Of a stretch of 64,000 nucleotides of DNA, positions 46,007-55,619 are shown piece after piece; positions within the stretch are counted from its first letter, which is position 1, and each line of letters opens with the position of its first letter. The notes beneath the pieces are model-generated. The model searched no databases. It worked only from the letters and a program-made list of their open reading frames with translations, and was not told the DNA's origin. This stretch comes from Paenibacillus turpanensis (GTDB lineage Bacteria > Bacillota > Bacilli > Paenibacillales > YIM-B00363), in assembly GCF_011421635.1 (NCBI RefSeq), contig NZ_WTLI01000013.1:31006-95005 (forward strand). The letters are read 5' to 3'. A program made the position numbers and the translations under genes.

Positions 46007-46819
46007 TTAATTTTCAAGCATCGATAGCCGCAGGGCAGTGTTGATTACGGCAAAATATTCCCGCAGCATATAGTTGATTCTAACCAGAGCCGGTGTTGGA
46101 CTGGAAAGGCCAAGGGTTGTGAAGCCATGAGCCTTGGATATCATCTTGGAACGAAACATGTGGAAGTCACTCGTGACAAGAAGTATGGAAGGTGCCTGAA
46201 TGCCCTTTTCCGATAAGATAACCTTGGAAAATGCCAAATTTTCCTCCGTACTTGTCGATCGGTCTTCCATCGTGATTCTCTCACTATCTAGTCCCTTGCG
46301 GAGCAAATACTCTTTCATGGCAGCGGCCTCCGTTCTCGTCTCTCCCGGCCCCTGACCTCCTGATAGAAGAACGGGGACATTCGGGTTGCTCTGAAGATAC
46401 GAAAGGCTCGTGTCCAGCCGATGCTTTAACGTATTCGATACTTGGTCTCCGCGCAGTCCGGCACCGAGAACAATGACATAATCAACCTTTTGCCGGTCGC
46501 CCTCAGCGCAGTCATATTCGGAAATGACGAGAAATTCAATCATGAGGAAGCTGACAAGAAAAAGCATACCGCCCGCAACCACAATCCGTTTCAAAACGGG
46601 CACCTTATCCCAAGGGATTCTCCTCATCAGCAGTAAAAATGCGCCCAGTGTACACCAAAAAATCACCGCAAAGCTCGGTCCAAAGCTAAAAAACAAAATT
46701 ATGCAAATAAGGACGAAGACCAGCTCCGCTCGCTTTCCTACCAACCCATTCACGGTTTCACCTTTTCGCTGATTTATACTTTTGAAGCCATTCCTTGCCG
46801 GTGGACCAGCCTTAGACAC
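46007..46819 (-). CDS. YdcF/DUF218 family membrane-anchored protein
   Basis: DUF218 core ...VLLSGGQGPGETRTEAAAMKEYL... Confidence 0.7.
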   Translation of the reverse strand: MSKAGPPARNGFKSINQRKGETVNGLVGKRAELVFVLICIILFFSFGPSFAVIFWCTLGAFLLLMRRIPWDKVPVLKRIVVAGGMLFLVSFLMIEFLVISEYDCAEGDRQKVDYVIVLGAGLRGDQVSNTLKHRLDTSLSYLQSNPNVPVLLSGGQGPGETRTEAAAMKEYLLRKGLDSERITMEDRSTSTEENLAFSKVILSEKGIQAPSILLVTSDFHMFRSKMISKAHGFTTLGLSSPTPALVRINYMLREYFAVINTALRLSMLEN

Positions 46820-46822
46820 CTG

Positions 46823-47188
46823 TTATTTCCAGCTCCTAAAAAACTTCAATATTTCGAAGGATTGAAACATCGCATGACGGTTCATCACATTTAGATAGAT
46901 CGGCTTTAGCCAGGGATCGAGGTTCATGAGCAATAAAGTAGCAGCGATAATCAGGGCAGCCATTGTCCAAGAAACTCGGGTTTTTCGAATCAACCAAATA
47001 TTTCCGAGCACCCATACGGTCAGCACAAGAACAGGTCCGCCTATGAGAAGCGCTGCGGGGATGTAACCTTCCAAACACCAGTACATCAACCTTGACCCGT
47101 AAAACCAGATGAGCATCATCAATATATTAAAAGGAACGAAGATGAGAGTTTTACGCAGATAAATCCCCCTTACTTGATCAATATACAT
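46823..47188 (-). CDS. Hypothetical membrane protein
   Basis: Three or four TM segments. No family recognised. Confidence 0.5.
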   Translation of the reverse strand: MYIDQVRGIYLRKTLIFVPFNILMMLIWFYGSRLMYWCLEGYIPAALLIGGPVLVLTVWVLGNIWLIRKTRVSWTMAALIIAATLLLMNLDPWLKPIYLNVMNRHAMFQSFEILKFFRSWK

Positions 47189-47288
47189 ATCATCTGGTCA
47201 GATCGTCGGCTCAGAAGGTAAACGCACATTCGTGCTTTTACTTTTCCCGGCTTCCTTCCATGTGAGTAGGTCAACCCCATCATATTCA

Positions 47289-47681
47289 TTAACCACCGAA
47301 CAAAATATCCAGCACCGTGCCAAGCTTGCCGCTCTTCTTTCCTGCTAGGATGTCCGGATTGTATACCTCGACATAGCCGCAATAATAACAGGACACGAAT
47401 AAAAAGTGATTATGCTGGAAATCAAACAGCTTGCTGATGCCCGTGCCTGTCATGGCAACCTCTTTCACTTCGCACTCGGAATGACCGCATTTTACGCATT
47501 TGAAACGTTCTTTCAAAATTTGATCGATGCTTTTATCTATGTAAGGGCTTTCGTCTTCGTTATCATGAAAGCTTTCGAATATTACATTGCCCCTAGCATC
47601 AAGCAGCACCTCATGGTTGCATTCCGGGCAAACATCATTATGAATTTCTACCTTCTTCGTGCACCATGGACATTCGATCAT
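47289..47681 (-). CDS. Zinc-ribbon domain protein
   Basis: RBS AAAGGAGTGG. Three CxxC pairs (CPWC, CPEC, CVKCGH, CYYCGY). Confidence 0.6.
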   Translation of the reverse strand: MIECPWCTKKVEIHNDVCPECNHEVLLDARGNVIFESFHDNEDESPYIDKSIDQILKERFKCVKCGHSECEVKEVAMTGTGISKLFDFQHNHFLFVSCYYCGYVEVYNPDILAGKKSGKLGTVLDILFGG

Positions 47682-47861
47682 ACAACCACTCCTTTTCAAC
47701 AGGTACGACTCCAATAGGCAAAGCAATAGATTTACCTTATTGTACTACATGGCAACCAATCTAGGAACGATTTGGAAGTAGATTCTCACGCCGCTATATA
47801 AACAAAAAAATCATTTCGCTGCTCTTAACCTTTCGTTAAGCAGTAAAATGATTTATGTATC

Positions 47862-48452
47862 CTATATTTTTTGCTTCGCTGCTTCAAGCTGAAATCCCCG
47901 CGTCTCCAAATACTGTGCGATATACTCTTCACGAAGCCGTTCACTTTCCTCAATCATCGGATCAAGCTTCGAGCTATGCTGTGCAATCAACCGATTGCCT
48001 ATGTACACGCTGTGATAGTGATAACAACCCAAATCATACAGAACCTTTTCCAGACAGCCTGGGATATTGGAGGCTACTCCAGTATTCTCTTGATGCAAGA
48101 TCCATTCGGCTTCCTTCCAATCCAAAATGCCCTCAACCGTTCTTCTCGGTGTGGGATAGCATACAACGTCCGAAAGCTCCGCTAAATATAAATAAAGGCC
48201 GCCAAAGCCCTCACCTTCCGGTGTTGACCACGTTATGATTCCTTTAAAAATGGCATCGGGAAGATCAAGTCCCGTTTCCTCACGTATTTCTCGCAGCATC
48301 GAAGCTTTTGGCGACTCCCCATCCTCGAGCTTTCCTCCCACTCCGTTCCAGCTGCCCATCCAGGGAGGATTTTCACGGTTCAGCAGTAAAACCTTCGTGT
48401 CTTGTCTAATTAACCCTAAGGTATATTTCATCATTTCGCTGCCTCTCCTCAT
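47862..48452 (-). CDS. NUDIX hydrolase
   Basis: Nudix box GGKLEDGESPKASMLREIREETG. Confidence 0.8.
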   Translation of the reverse strand: MRRGSEMMKYTLGLIRQDTKVLLLNRENPPWMGSWNGVGGKLEDGESPKASMLREIREETGLDLPDAIFKGIITWSTPEGEGFGGLYLYLAELSDVVCYPTPRRTVEGILDWKEAEWILHQENTGVASNIPGCLEKVLYDLGCYHYHSVYIGNRLIAQHSSKLDPMIEESERLREEYIAQYLETRGFQLEAAKQKI

Positions 48453-48524
48453 CCCCGATTTCTATCTATTTCAATAGTAAAGTTATGCCAACCGCCAACA
48501 CCATTATGCTTCTTCGAGGTCGAT

Positions 48525-49217
48525 TTACTCCCAGATTACAATCCTCTCTTCATCACCCTGCACAAAATGAACGCCTCCGGCAGCCGTAGATCCGCTAGAA
48601 TTCCTTTTTCCAAAAAGCAGCTGCAGCGGCTGTGCCGTGTAATTCAGTGTATAACGATGGCTAGAACGCGGCGGGAGCAGCACCTCCTGATGCTCGATCT
48701 TAAGCTTAGATAAGCCAATGTATTTATGAAACTCGTCCTGCAGCAAGGGCTTCACGCCTACCTGCATTGGACTTGAACCGTAATTCATAAGCTGAAGCTC
48801 ACACCGTATATTGACCTCTTCTTTCCCAGTATTAAAATTACATTGACTATCCTTCGCCGAATAATCAAGTGTGGGTAGGCCGGATCGATTCACATTCAGT
48901 GCGAGCGTTGACCAATAGCTAAGCGTCGGAAAAGCAAAAATAAGTATGACACAGCTTAACACAGCCCTTCGGCCTATTTTGGGGTACCGCCCCCTGCAGT
49001 AATCCATGAAGAGCTTTCCGCTTACCACCAGCAGCAGAACGCCGAACACAATCGGGTAATGGATTCCTTCGCCGGGACTCTTACTCCACGGAGGAATGCC
49101 AATCGACTTAAAAACAAAATCACCAAAGTACATGCCACGATGATCCACCACTAACATGAGCAAGGATAAGCAGAACAGCAGAAAATAGCCAATCCCTTTG
49201 TTCCATCTCCATTTCAA
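48525..49217 (-). CDS. Hypothetical membrane protein
   Basis: N-terminal TM helices, C-terminal soluble domain. No family recognised. Confidence 0.5.
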   Translation of the reverse strand: MKWRWNKGIGYFLLFCLSLLMLVVDHRGMYFGDFVFKSIGIPPWSKSPGEGIHYPIVFGVLLLVVSGKLFMDYCRGRYPKIGRRAVLSCVILIFAFPTLSYWSTLALNVNRSGLPTLDYSAKDSQCNFNTGKEEVNIRCELQLMNYGSSPMQVGVKPLLQDEFHKYIGLSKLKIEHQEVLLPPRSSHRYTLNYTAQPLQLLFGKRNSSGSTAAGGVHFVQGDEERIVIWE

Positions 49218-49283
49218 CTTTATTCCCCCTCGCCATTACATAACTCTTGTAAACAACGTACCTTCCTCTTTGCGAAATCCTGC

Positions 49284-49799
49284 TTATGTAAAAAAAGTCT
49301 CAGGATACTGCAGCTCTCCGTTTACCTTCTCCAGTTCACCAGCCGCAAGCTCACAAACCATAAACACTTCGTCCGGTACCTTGAATTGGAGCAGCTCAAA
49401 CTGGAATGCTCTAGCAGGCTTAAAGCCAAAGCGCGGATAATAGCTTGGATGGCCGATCAAGAAAACAAGCCCCGCTCCAAGCTCACGGCATCGGCTTAAA
49501 CCTTCTTCCACCAGCATACTGCCAATTTTTCGCTTCTGCTGATCTGGGATCACTGCAATAGGTGCAAGCACAATGACCTTATGCGCAAGGTCATTCTCTA
49601 CCACGACGGCCTCACTCAGCAGGATATGCCCTACAACCCGTCCGTCCTGCTCCGCAACGATTGAGAGCTCCGGCACGAAATGGGACGAAGCCCGAATTCG
49701 CTCTACTAATGTAGATTCGTCTTCCCGTCCCCCAAAAGCATGATAATGAATAGAGTAAACCGCCTCGTAGTCCTTTTTTTCTTCGGTTCGTATGATCAT
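49284..49799 (-). CDS. GNAT family N-acetyltransferase
   Basis: QQKRKIGSMLVEEGL motif A. Confidence 0.8.
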   Translation of the reverse strand: MIIRTEEKKDYEAVYSIHYHAFGGREDESTLVERIRASSHFVPELSIVAEQDGRVVGHILLSEAVVVENDLAHKVIVLAPIAVIPDQQKRKIGSMLVEEGLSRCRELGAGLVFLIGHPSYYPRFGFKPARAFQFELLQFKVPDEVFMVCELAAGELEKVNGELQYPETFFT

Positions 49800-50569
49800 C
49801 TGTACTCGTATTCCCCCTTTCCTTTAAATGCGGTGATCAAATAACGCTTCGAGTTCGTTCGGATCCCCTTCTCATCTCGATTCACATTTACATAATCACG
49901 CAAATACTGAAAGTCACAATCCTGTTCGCCAAAATGCGGGATAATCGGGGTATGCTTCAGCAGAAAGATCAGATCCTCCACCGACGGATAGTACTCCACC
50001 GCATTGTATTCTTGAACCTCAATGCGGGCGAAGCCAGCGGCATGCAGCGCTTCTACATAGGCCGCTCGCTGAGCTCCATCTTTTACCCCGAAAGACTGAC
50101 CGCGTTGAAACGCCATTTTCAAATCAAATTTATCGTGTTCACTTACCTGCTGCGTGACGAAAATTCCATTCTCCCCAAGGACGCGGTATACCTCATGCGG
50201 GTGAAAAGGAGCGTGCCTGCACGACACGATGTCAAAACTTCCGTCCAGAAACAGCAGCTCCGCGGAATCCATTTGGCAAAATCGAAACGGCACGCCCCCG
50301 TGTAGAGAAGCAAGCTCCTGCGCCTTCTTTATCATTTCAACTGATCGGTCGATTCCTACAACGTGCCGGAAATTCCGGCAGTTCTCGAGCAGCAGCTCCC
50401 CGCCCCCAGAACCGATATCCAATAAACGCGGCCGTTCAGTTGAATAACTCGCCACCAGCGGATAGAAATCCCACAACGCTCCTTCTACATGAACCTTCAG
50501 AGAACGAAAGTCCCAACCATTTTCCCTGCCGATCCGCTCATAAAAGTCCTTTTCATCAAAATCGGTCAT
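49796..50569 (-). CDS. Class I SAM-dependent methyltransferase
   Basis: RBS AAGGGGAAG, ATG (MTDFDEKDFY...), motif I LLDIGSGGGELL. Confidence 0.8.
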   Translation of the reverse strand: MTDFDEKDFYERIGRENGWDFRSLKVHVEGALWDFYPLVASYSTERPRLLDIGSGGGELLLENCRNFRHVVGIDRSVEMIKKAQELASLHGGVPFRFCQMDSAELLFLDGSFDIVSCRHAPFHPHEVYRVLGENGIFVTQQVSEHDKFDLKMAFQRGQSFGVKDGAQRAAYVEALHAAGFARIEVQEYNAVEYYPSVEDLIFLLKHTPIIPHFGEQDCDFQYLRDYVNVNRDEKGIRTNSKRYLITAFKGKGEYEYR

Positions 50570-50655
50570 GATATCCCTTCTTCCCCTTGCCCAGCGCGAG
50601 AATCCTTTTCGGACCAACTCGCAAATGGTTCTCCCATGATCGGGGCGCGGGACCC

Positions 50656-51297
50656 CTATATTCCAGACGCACGCTTCGGCCTTAAAGCAATCTCCCACAA
50701 TACCTTTTTATTTTCGTACCGATCGAGCTCGTACTCTTCCATATGCACAAACTCCCACATTTCATTCGTAAAAAAGCGTTGGATTTCGTCCCGATTAAAA
50801 AATCTTCTAAAAATCCCTTCATTTTCGAAAAGGTAGCTATCCGTGCTTTCTTTTACTTCCCCTACGTTACCCATTTCGTGAATGGAGTTTAAGCGGCAGA
50901 GCAGCAACCCGCTTTCTGTAAGCACCCGATGAATGTCTTGAATGACTTGAATCGTCGTTTGCGCGTCAAAATAGTGAAGACTTAAGTCCGCAATCAGCAC
51001 CTTAACCGATTGATCCTCAAACGGCAGACCCTTCGTCATATCAAAACAATACGTGACGCACTCCGGCAAAACGCTTTTTAACCGGTGTAACGCTTCTTCG
51101 GAAATATCGCATGCAAGCGGCTGCATTCCCTTTTCTACCAAATAAACGCTATTGTTACCCAGCCCGCAGCCGAGATCAACAATCGCACCGCTACCTGCAG
51201 CGAGCTGCTCCGCATATTTATCCAGCCACAAATCGTATCTCGGAAACAGCTCAGGTCTTTGAAACATAGCGTTCCAATATTCTTTCAGACTTTTCAC
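50656..51297 (-). CDS. Class I SAM-dependent methyltransferase
   Basis: Motif I IVDLGCGLGNNSVYL. Confidence 0.8.
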   Translation of the reverse strand: MKSLKEYWNAMFQRPELFPRYDLWLDKYAEQLAAGSGAIVDLGCGLGNNSVYLVEKGMQPLACDISEEALHRLKSVLPECVTYCFDMTKGLPFEDQSVKVLIADLSLHYFDAQTTIQVIQDIHRVLTESGLLLCRLNSIHEMGNVGEVKESTDSYLFENEGIFRRFFNRDEIQRFFTNEMWEFVHMEEYELDRYENKKVLWEIALRPKRASGI

Positions 51298-51337
51298 GTT
51301 CGCGCGCCATCCTTTATGTCGAAATAAAAAGCTACCT

Positions 51338-51694
51338 TCAAGGGGCCCTCCTCGTATCCTGCATAATCAGCTTATGCAGTACGCTTTTACCGCTGACCAG
51401 CTCAAAGCTTCGAATAAAAAACCATAGAAACCCCGCATAAAATCCGACCCAGGGGTACCGAAAAGACGCCGGCTTGTTGCCCTCGAAGCAGAAGTGTCCG
51501 ACCCACGAAAAGAGATAATGCAGCACAGCCAATACCAAGGTTGCCCAAATATTCACAAACAAAAAGATCCAACCAAGGAACGCAAATAAAAAGGCAAAAT
51601 AATGCAATATTTGATTCCAATGATTTTGATGGGCGTTCACGTAATACGTTACATCTCTTCGTACCGTCTGCGTAAGCTTCGGCCAAGGCGTCAT
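51338..51694 (-). CDS. DUF962 (Mpo1-like) membrane protein
   Basis: ...HYFAFLFAFLGW...GHFCFEGNKPASFRYP... resembles DUF962 family members. Confidence 0.6.
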   Translation of the reverse strand: MTPWPKLTQTVRRDVTYYVNAHQNHWNQILHYFAFLFAFLGWIFLFVNIWATLVLAVLHYLFSWVGHFCFEGNKPASFRYPWVGFYAGFLWFFIRSFELVSGKSVLHKLIMQDTRRAP

Positions 51695-52161
51695 GTCTGA
51701 ATATACCCAGTTTTTCGAAGTAAGAGCTCCGAAAAAGGGTTGAGATTTGCAATTGGCTTGTCTAAGGGAAAATAAGCGAGCTCCAAGCCCTCATCGTCCT
51801 GGATTGTCGGTTCTCCCGTGACCCCCGTCGCTTCATAAACCGCCAAAACGTTATAAACCTCGTCCCCGTGCGGGTACTTAAAGTACATCTCTTTTCCGGA
51901 CAAAACGGTGACGAACGTGAACTTCTCTGCCGTCAATCCCGCTTCCTCAAGTAATTCCCTAGCGGCGGCTTCCTCTAAAGATTCACCCAGCTCCAGCGCT
52001 CCGCCAATCGTGCCCCAGTCCTTGGTATCGGTTCGTTTTTGCAGCAAAATATGCCCTGCATCGTTTTTCACTATGACACAGGCACCTGCCATAATTAGGG
52101 GCCGGGAGCCCACCATTTTACGCAAATCCATAATGTATCCCATGTTTTCGCCTACTCTCAC
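51691..52161 (-). CDS. NUDIX hydrolase
   Basis: Nudix box GGALELGESLEEAAARELLEEAG. Confidence 0.8.
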   Translation of the reverse strand: MRVGENMGYIMDLRKMVGSRPLIMAGACVIVKNDAGHILLQKRTDTKDWGTIGGALELGESLEEAAARELLEEAGLTAEKFTFVTVLSGKEMYFKYPHGDEVYNVLAVYEATGVTGEPTIQDDEGLELAYFPLDKPIANLNPFSELLLRKTGYIQT

Positions 52162-52201
52162 ATTTCGTAATGAACTTCATAAGGACGATCGTACTCTTGC
52201 T

Positions 52202-52675
52202 TCACGTCAGCACCTTTTCCATACAGAAAAATGGAAGTGTCCTCCTAGGAAAATGAACCTGACCTCGCAGCTCGTATCCTAGCTTGCGGTAAAACGAAAC
52301 CGCTCTATCATTTCCGCTATATACATCTAAACGGATGGAATTGTAGTGCTCTCGAATGCAAGAGGCATGGGCAAATTCCATCAATTCCAACGCAATTCCT
52401 TTCCCCTGGTGCTCTGGCCTTACCGATAACCGATGAATGATGGCATACTTGTCGTTCGCATCGTTCCAATCGATGGATCGATAGGGTTCTGGCTCTAGCT
52501 GATCCATGGTTACAACACCTGCAATATCGCCATGAACTTTCAAGATATAAATCGTATGGTGCTGGAGATCCTCCTGAATCACTTCTCGATTCGGATAAAT
52601 TTCGTCCCATTGATGGATGCCTTGAGCCTCTAGCTCCAATCTGCATTGCTGAAACATGGAGTATATCGACTCCAC
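52202..52675 (-). CDS. GNAT family N-acetyltransferase
   Basis: HQGKGIALELMEFA motif A. Confidence 0.8.
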   Translation of the reverse strand: MESIYSMFQQCRLELEAQGIHQWDEIYPNREVIQEDLQHHTIYILKVHGDIAGVVTMDQLEPEPYRSIDWNDANDKYAIIHRLSVRPEHQGKGIALELMEFAHASCIREHYNSIRLDVYSGNDRAVSFYRKLGYELRGQVHFPRRTLPFFCMEKVLT

Positions 52676-52759
52676 ATCGTGTTCACCAGGCCTTGTGATG
52701 ACGATAAGAATCCCCCCTGCTATTAAATGAAGTCAGTTTTGGGGTTTCGCGGCTCGATC

Positions 52760-53197
52760 TTACTGTATCGAATAGTGATACAAAAACATTCCGGAATATC
52801 GGACGTGAAATCCGTTCTTTATCTTTTCATACTCACTTGGATCAATACCAAAAGAAAAATCGGAGCCCGGTCCAATCCCGATTTGTCCAATTCGGATATC
52901 ATTGCCCTCAAGATCCGTTAGCTGAAAATCCTTATACGAGCCTACCGTGGTAAAGGTCCCGTCATCATTAATGACCATATTGTACAGCAGTGTTCCCTCG
53001 CTGTAATTCATGTCACGGAATGTCGTATGAAAGCTAAAATAGATGTCGTTCTGTTCGACCACGTAGCGATCCCGGTCCAAAATATTTTGCACAATTCTAC
53101 GGTCACCGAAGCGATCTTGAACGTATTCGTAGCTCAGATAGCCTCCAATGATGAGCAATACTACCAAGAAGGTCCTCATTACGTGTCTTTTTTTCAT
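52760..53197 (-). CDS. Hypothetical membrane-anchored protein
   Basis: N-terminal TM. No family recognised. Confidence 0.45.
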   Translation of the reverse strand: MKKRHVMRTFLVVLLIIGGYLSYEYVQDRFGDRRIVQNILDRDRYVVEQNDIYFSFHTTFRDMNYSEGTLLYNMVINDDGTFTTVGSYKDFQLTDLEGNDIRIGQIGIGPGSDFSFGIDPSEYEKIKNGFHVRYSGMFLYHYSIQ

Positions 53198-53447
53198 TGT
53201 TTCGATCCTTTCCGAAGACCCGCAGCGCTTGCCTTCTTAGCGTTGTTTCAGTTTAATCGTCCACCCAAAACTTATAATTCAACCCGTTGACGTTTGCGAG
53301 ATAAATATAAGTAGAAATGCCGGAGACGGCACTAACAATCAAGGATTTGATAATCGACTGGTTTAACCCCAGCTGAAGAAGAAAGCACATCATAAGAAAG
53401 GTAACGACAAAAAAAATGCCTCAAGGATGGCCATAATATACAGAACC

Positions 53448-53951
53448 TTAGATTTCGATACGTTGACCTCCTTCGCATAAATGACGTTCAGACAAACTTT
53501 TGCTCATCGTATACCAGCGGTCCCTCTTACAGGGGTACTCGTGTTCCTGGATGAGAACATAGTTCAGCTTCGTATAGTAGTTGACGTTCTCCGGCAGTGA
53601 CTGTCGCACTTCCAGCCTCACTTGAGCAAGACCTTTCGTTCGAGCCGTATCCTCCAAATAAGCAACGATCCTTCGGCCGATCCCTCTTCCTCTCCAAGCT
53701 GGCAAAACGGAAATCCGACCGATATACAGATAATCCTCTTCCACATAATACTGGGCCGAACCAACAGGCTCCGACTCCGCCCAAACCAAAACAGCACCGC
53801 CACGACCCTGAATTTTTTGCCGAATCGCGTCCACCGTTTCCGTGATCGCCCCGCTAGGAGGGATCAGCTTATCCTTGTACTCTATGAATGACTCAAACAT
53901 AATCATTCTTACTAACTCCAGCTCATTGTCTTTGGCTTCACAAATCAGCAT
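53448..53951 (-). CDS. GNAT family N-acetyltransferase
   Basis: WRGRGIGRRIVAYLE motif A. Confidence 0.8.
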   Translation of the reverse strand: MLICEAKDNELELVRMIMFESFIEYKDKLIPPSGAITETVDAIRQKIQGRGGAVLVWAESEPVGSAQYYVEEDYLYIGRISVLPAWRGRGIGRRIVAYLEDTARTKGLAQVRLEVRQSLPENVNYYTKLNYVLIQEHEYPCKRDRWYTMSKSLSERHLCEGGQRIEI

Positions 53952-54016
53952 CCCGGCAACTCTGCACTCCTTATCATTTACAGGTGTAATGTCATCTTTT
54001 ATGCATGATTCCTTGA

Positions 54017-54823
54017 TTATTTAGCTAGACTTTCCTCATTGATTTTCGGAAAATTTGCATCCTGGATATGGAAATCCCGTAATGGTGCGAGGTCATGTTT
54101 TCCCAGATTGCCTTTGATTTGCTTCGTTTTTCCCTGCTCATCCGTTCTTTGCAGGATATAATCTCCTGTCAACAGGTTATAGTCCTCTTCATCCGCATTC
54201 TCTTGAATGGCATTCCCTGTATAATAGGAGCCCGTCGTCACCCCAATCAAATACCAATCGTTATCCTGGTATCGAAACCGATAATCGTTATACCATCTCC
54301 AATTACTGCCCCCATAATGGCTGACCACAATGGAGCCTCGATTTATCGTAATGCCCTCAAACGGATCTCCCCATATTCCGCCCTCATCTGCTTTTAAAAT
54401 GACATGGTCTGCAAGGATCGAAAGTGAATACGAATGGTCCTTCTCGCCAAATGCAATAAGGAGCGAGCGGGCCGGGGCTTCCTCATTTGGACTTTTCGTC
54501 TGCTCTAGGACGACCGCAGCATCCAGAATGCCGTCTTGGTTTATATCCCCTTCAGCTTTGACAGGTACATCCTTCTGTATCTCTAGGATTCGCCAGCCTT
54601 CCGGAATAAGAGAAACGAATGGATCTTCCGGTTGTTGAATCTTCCTGTCCTGCGGAGCGGGAGCATCCCCGGCTTTCGCCTCCTTCCGCACCTGTTCAGG
54701 CTCTTGTATGGAGGGCGTTGGCGTTGGTACCGGAGCAGGCTCAGGACTTGGTGAATCATTACACCCAGCGAGCATCCCGCTTACCGCAGAAACAAACATA
54801 CAAACGAATAACAGCTTTTTCAT
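54017..54823 (-). CDS. Hypothetical lipoprotein with Pro-rich linker
   Basis: Lipobox LAGCNDS followed by PSPEPAPVPTPTPS. Confidence 0.6.
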   Translation of the reverse strand: MKKLLFVCMFVSAVSGMLAGCNDSPSPEPAPVPTPTPSIQEPEQVRKEAKAGDAPAPQDRKIQQPEDPFVSLIPEGWRILEIQKDVPVKAEGDINQDGILDAAVVLEQTKSPNEEAPARSLLIAFGEKDHSYSLSILADHVILKADEGGIWGDPFEGITINRGSIVVSHYGGSNWRWYNDYRFRYQDNDWYLIGVTTGSYYTGNAIQENADEEDYNLLTGDYILQRTDEQGKTKQIKGNLGKHDLAPLRDFHIQDANFPKINEESLAK

Positions 54824-54858
54824 AAAATCTCCTTAGATGATGAAGTTTTGAAGTATTA

Positions 54859-55425
54859 TCACTTTTCCTGGAATTTTAATTTCGTCCTTAGGAGAATCCC
54901 CGCCAATAGAAAATATAAGAGTCCGACATTACCGAATAAAACCTCTGACTCCCCGGTGGAAAAGAAATAAAATCCCACGAAAAGGCTGGCTACCGGAAGG
55001 GCATAGAACAAGCTCGTTTCATAAATCGCTCTGAATACGTCCTTCAGCCGTATGAGGTGATAAACGAACAAGAAAAGCATAAGCAAAAAAATAAAGATCG
55101 GATTTAATAAAGCGATTCCTCTATTCACTGCAAAAAAATAAGCGAAATCAAGGTTAATGTAGCCCGATGCAATCAAATACGTAATCGGTGCTGCTCCGGT
55201 CACAAAACCAATCCCATACATTACACGCAAGCTATTGCAAAATCTTTGCAGTAACTTTTCCATTTCTAATATCAACGTATAAATCAAAACAAAAATAAAG
55301 GATAGAAATAATCCAGCCAATAAATAAAGGTAGTTAGGTTCTGTACGAATAAACAACATCGGTCCAAGCCATGCAGCGGCCGAACAAATGAAAATGATCA
55401 TTAGCTGAATTTTGAAATGATTCAA
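54859..55425 (-). CDS. Hypothetical polytopic membrane protein
   Basis: Six hydrophobic segments. Confidence 0.5.
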   Translation of the reverse strand: MNHFKIQLMIIFICSAAAWLGPMLFIRTEPNYLYLLAGLFLSFIFVLIYTLILEMEKLLQRFCNSLRVMYGIGFVTGAAPITYLIASGYINLDFAYFFAVNRGIALLNPIFIFLLMLFLFVYHLIRLKDVFRAIYETSLFYALPVASLFVGFYFFSTGESEVLFGNVGLLYFLLAGILLRTKLKFQEK

Positions 55426-55619
55426 CGCGATTGCTCCTTTATATCATTTTGCTTACACTCCTCCAACTATTGTACATGATTCCATCCATTCAAGGAACGA
55501 TTTGGAAGAGCGGAACGAGAAAAAGAGGACGCAGCGAATGCATCCTCCTTCAAATTCAATTCTACTAAAAACCGTAACCCAGCAGGGTTAACGCCCAGCC
55601 ATCAAAAAGTTTCTTCTGC

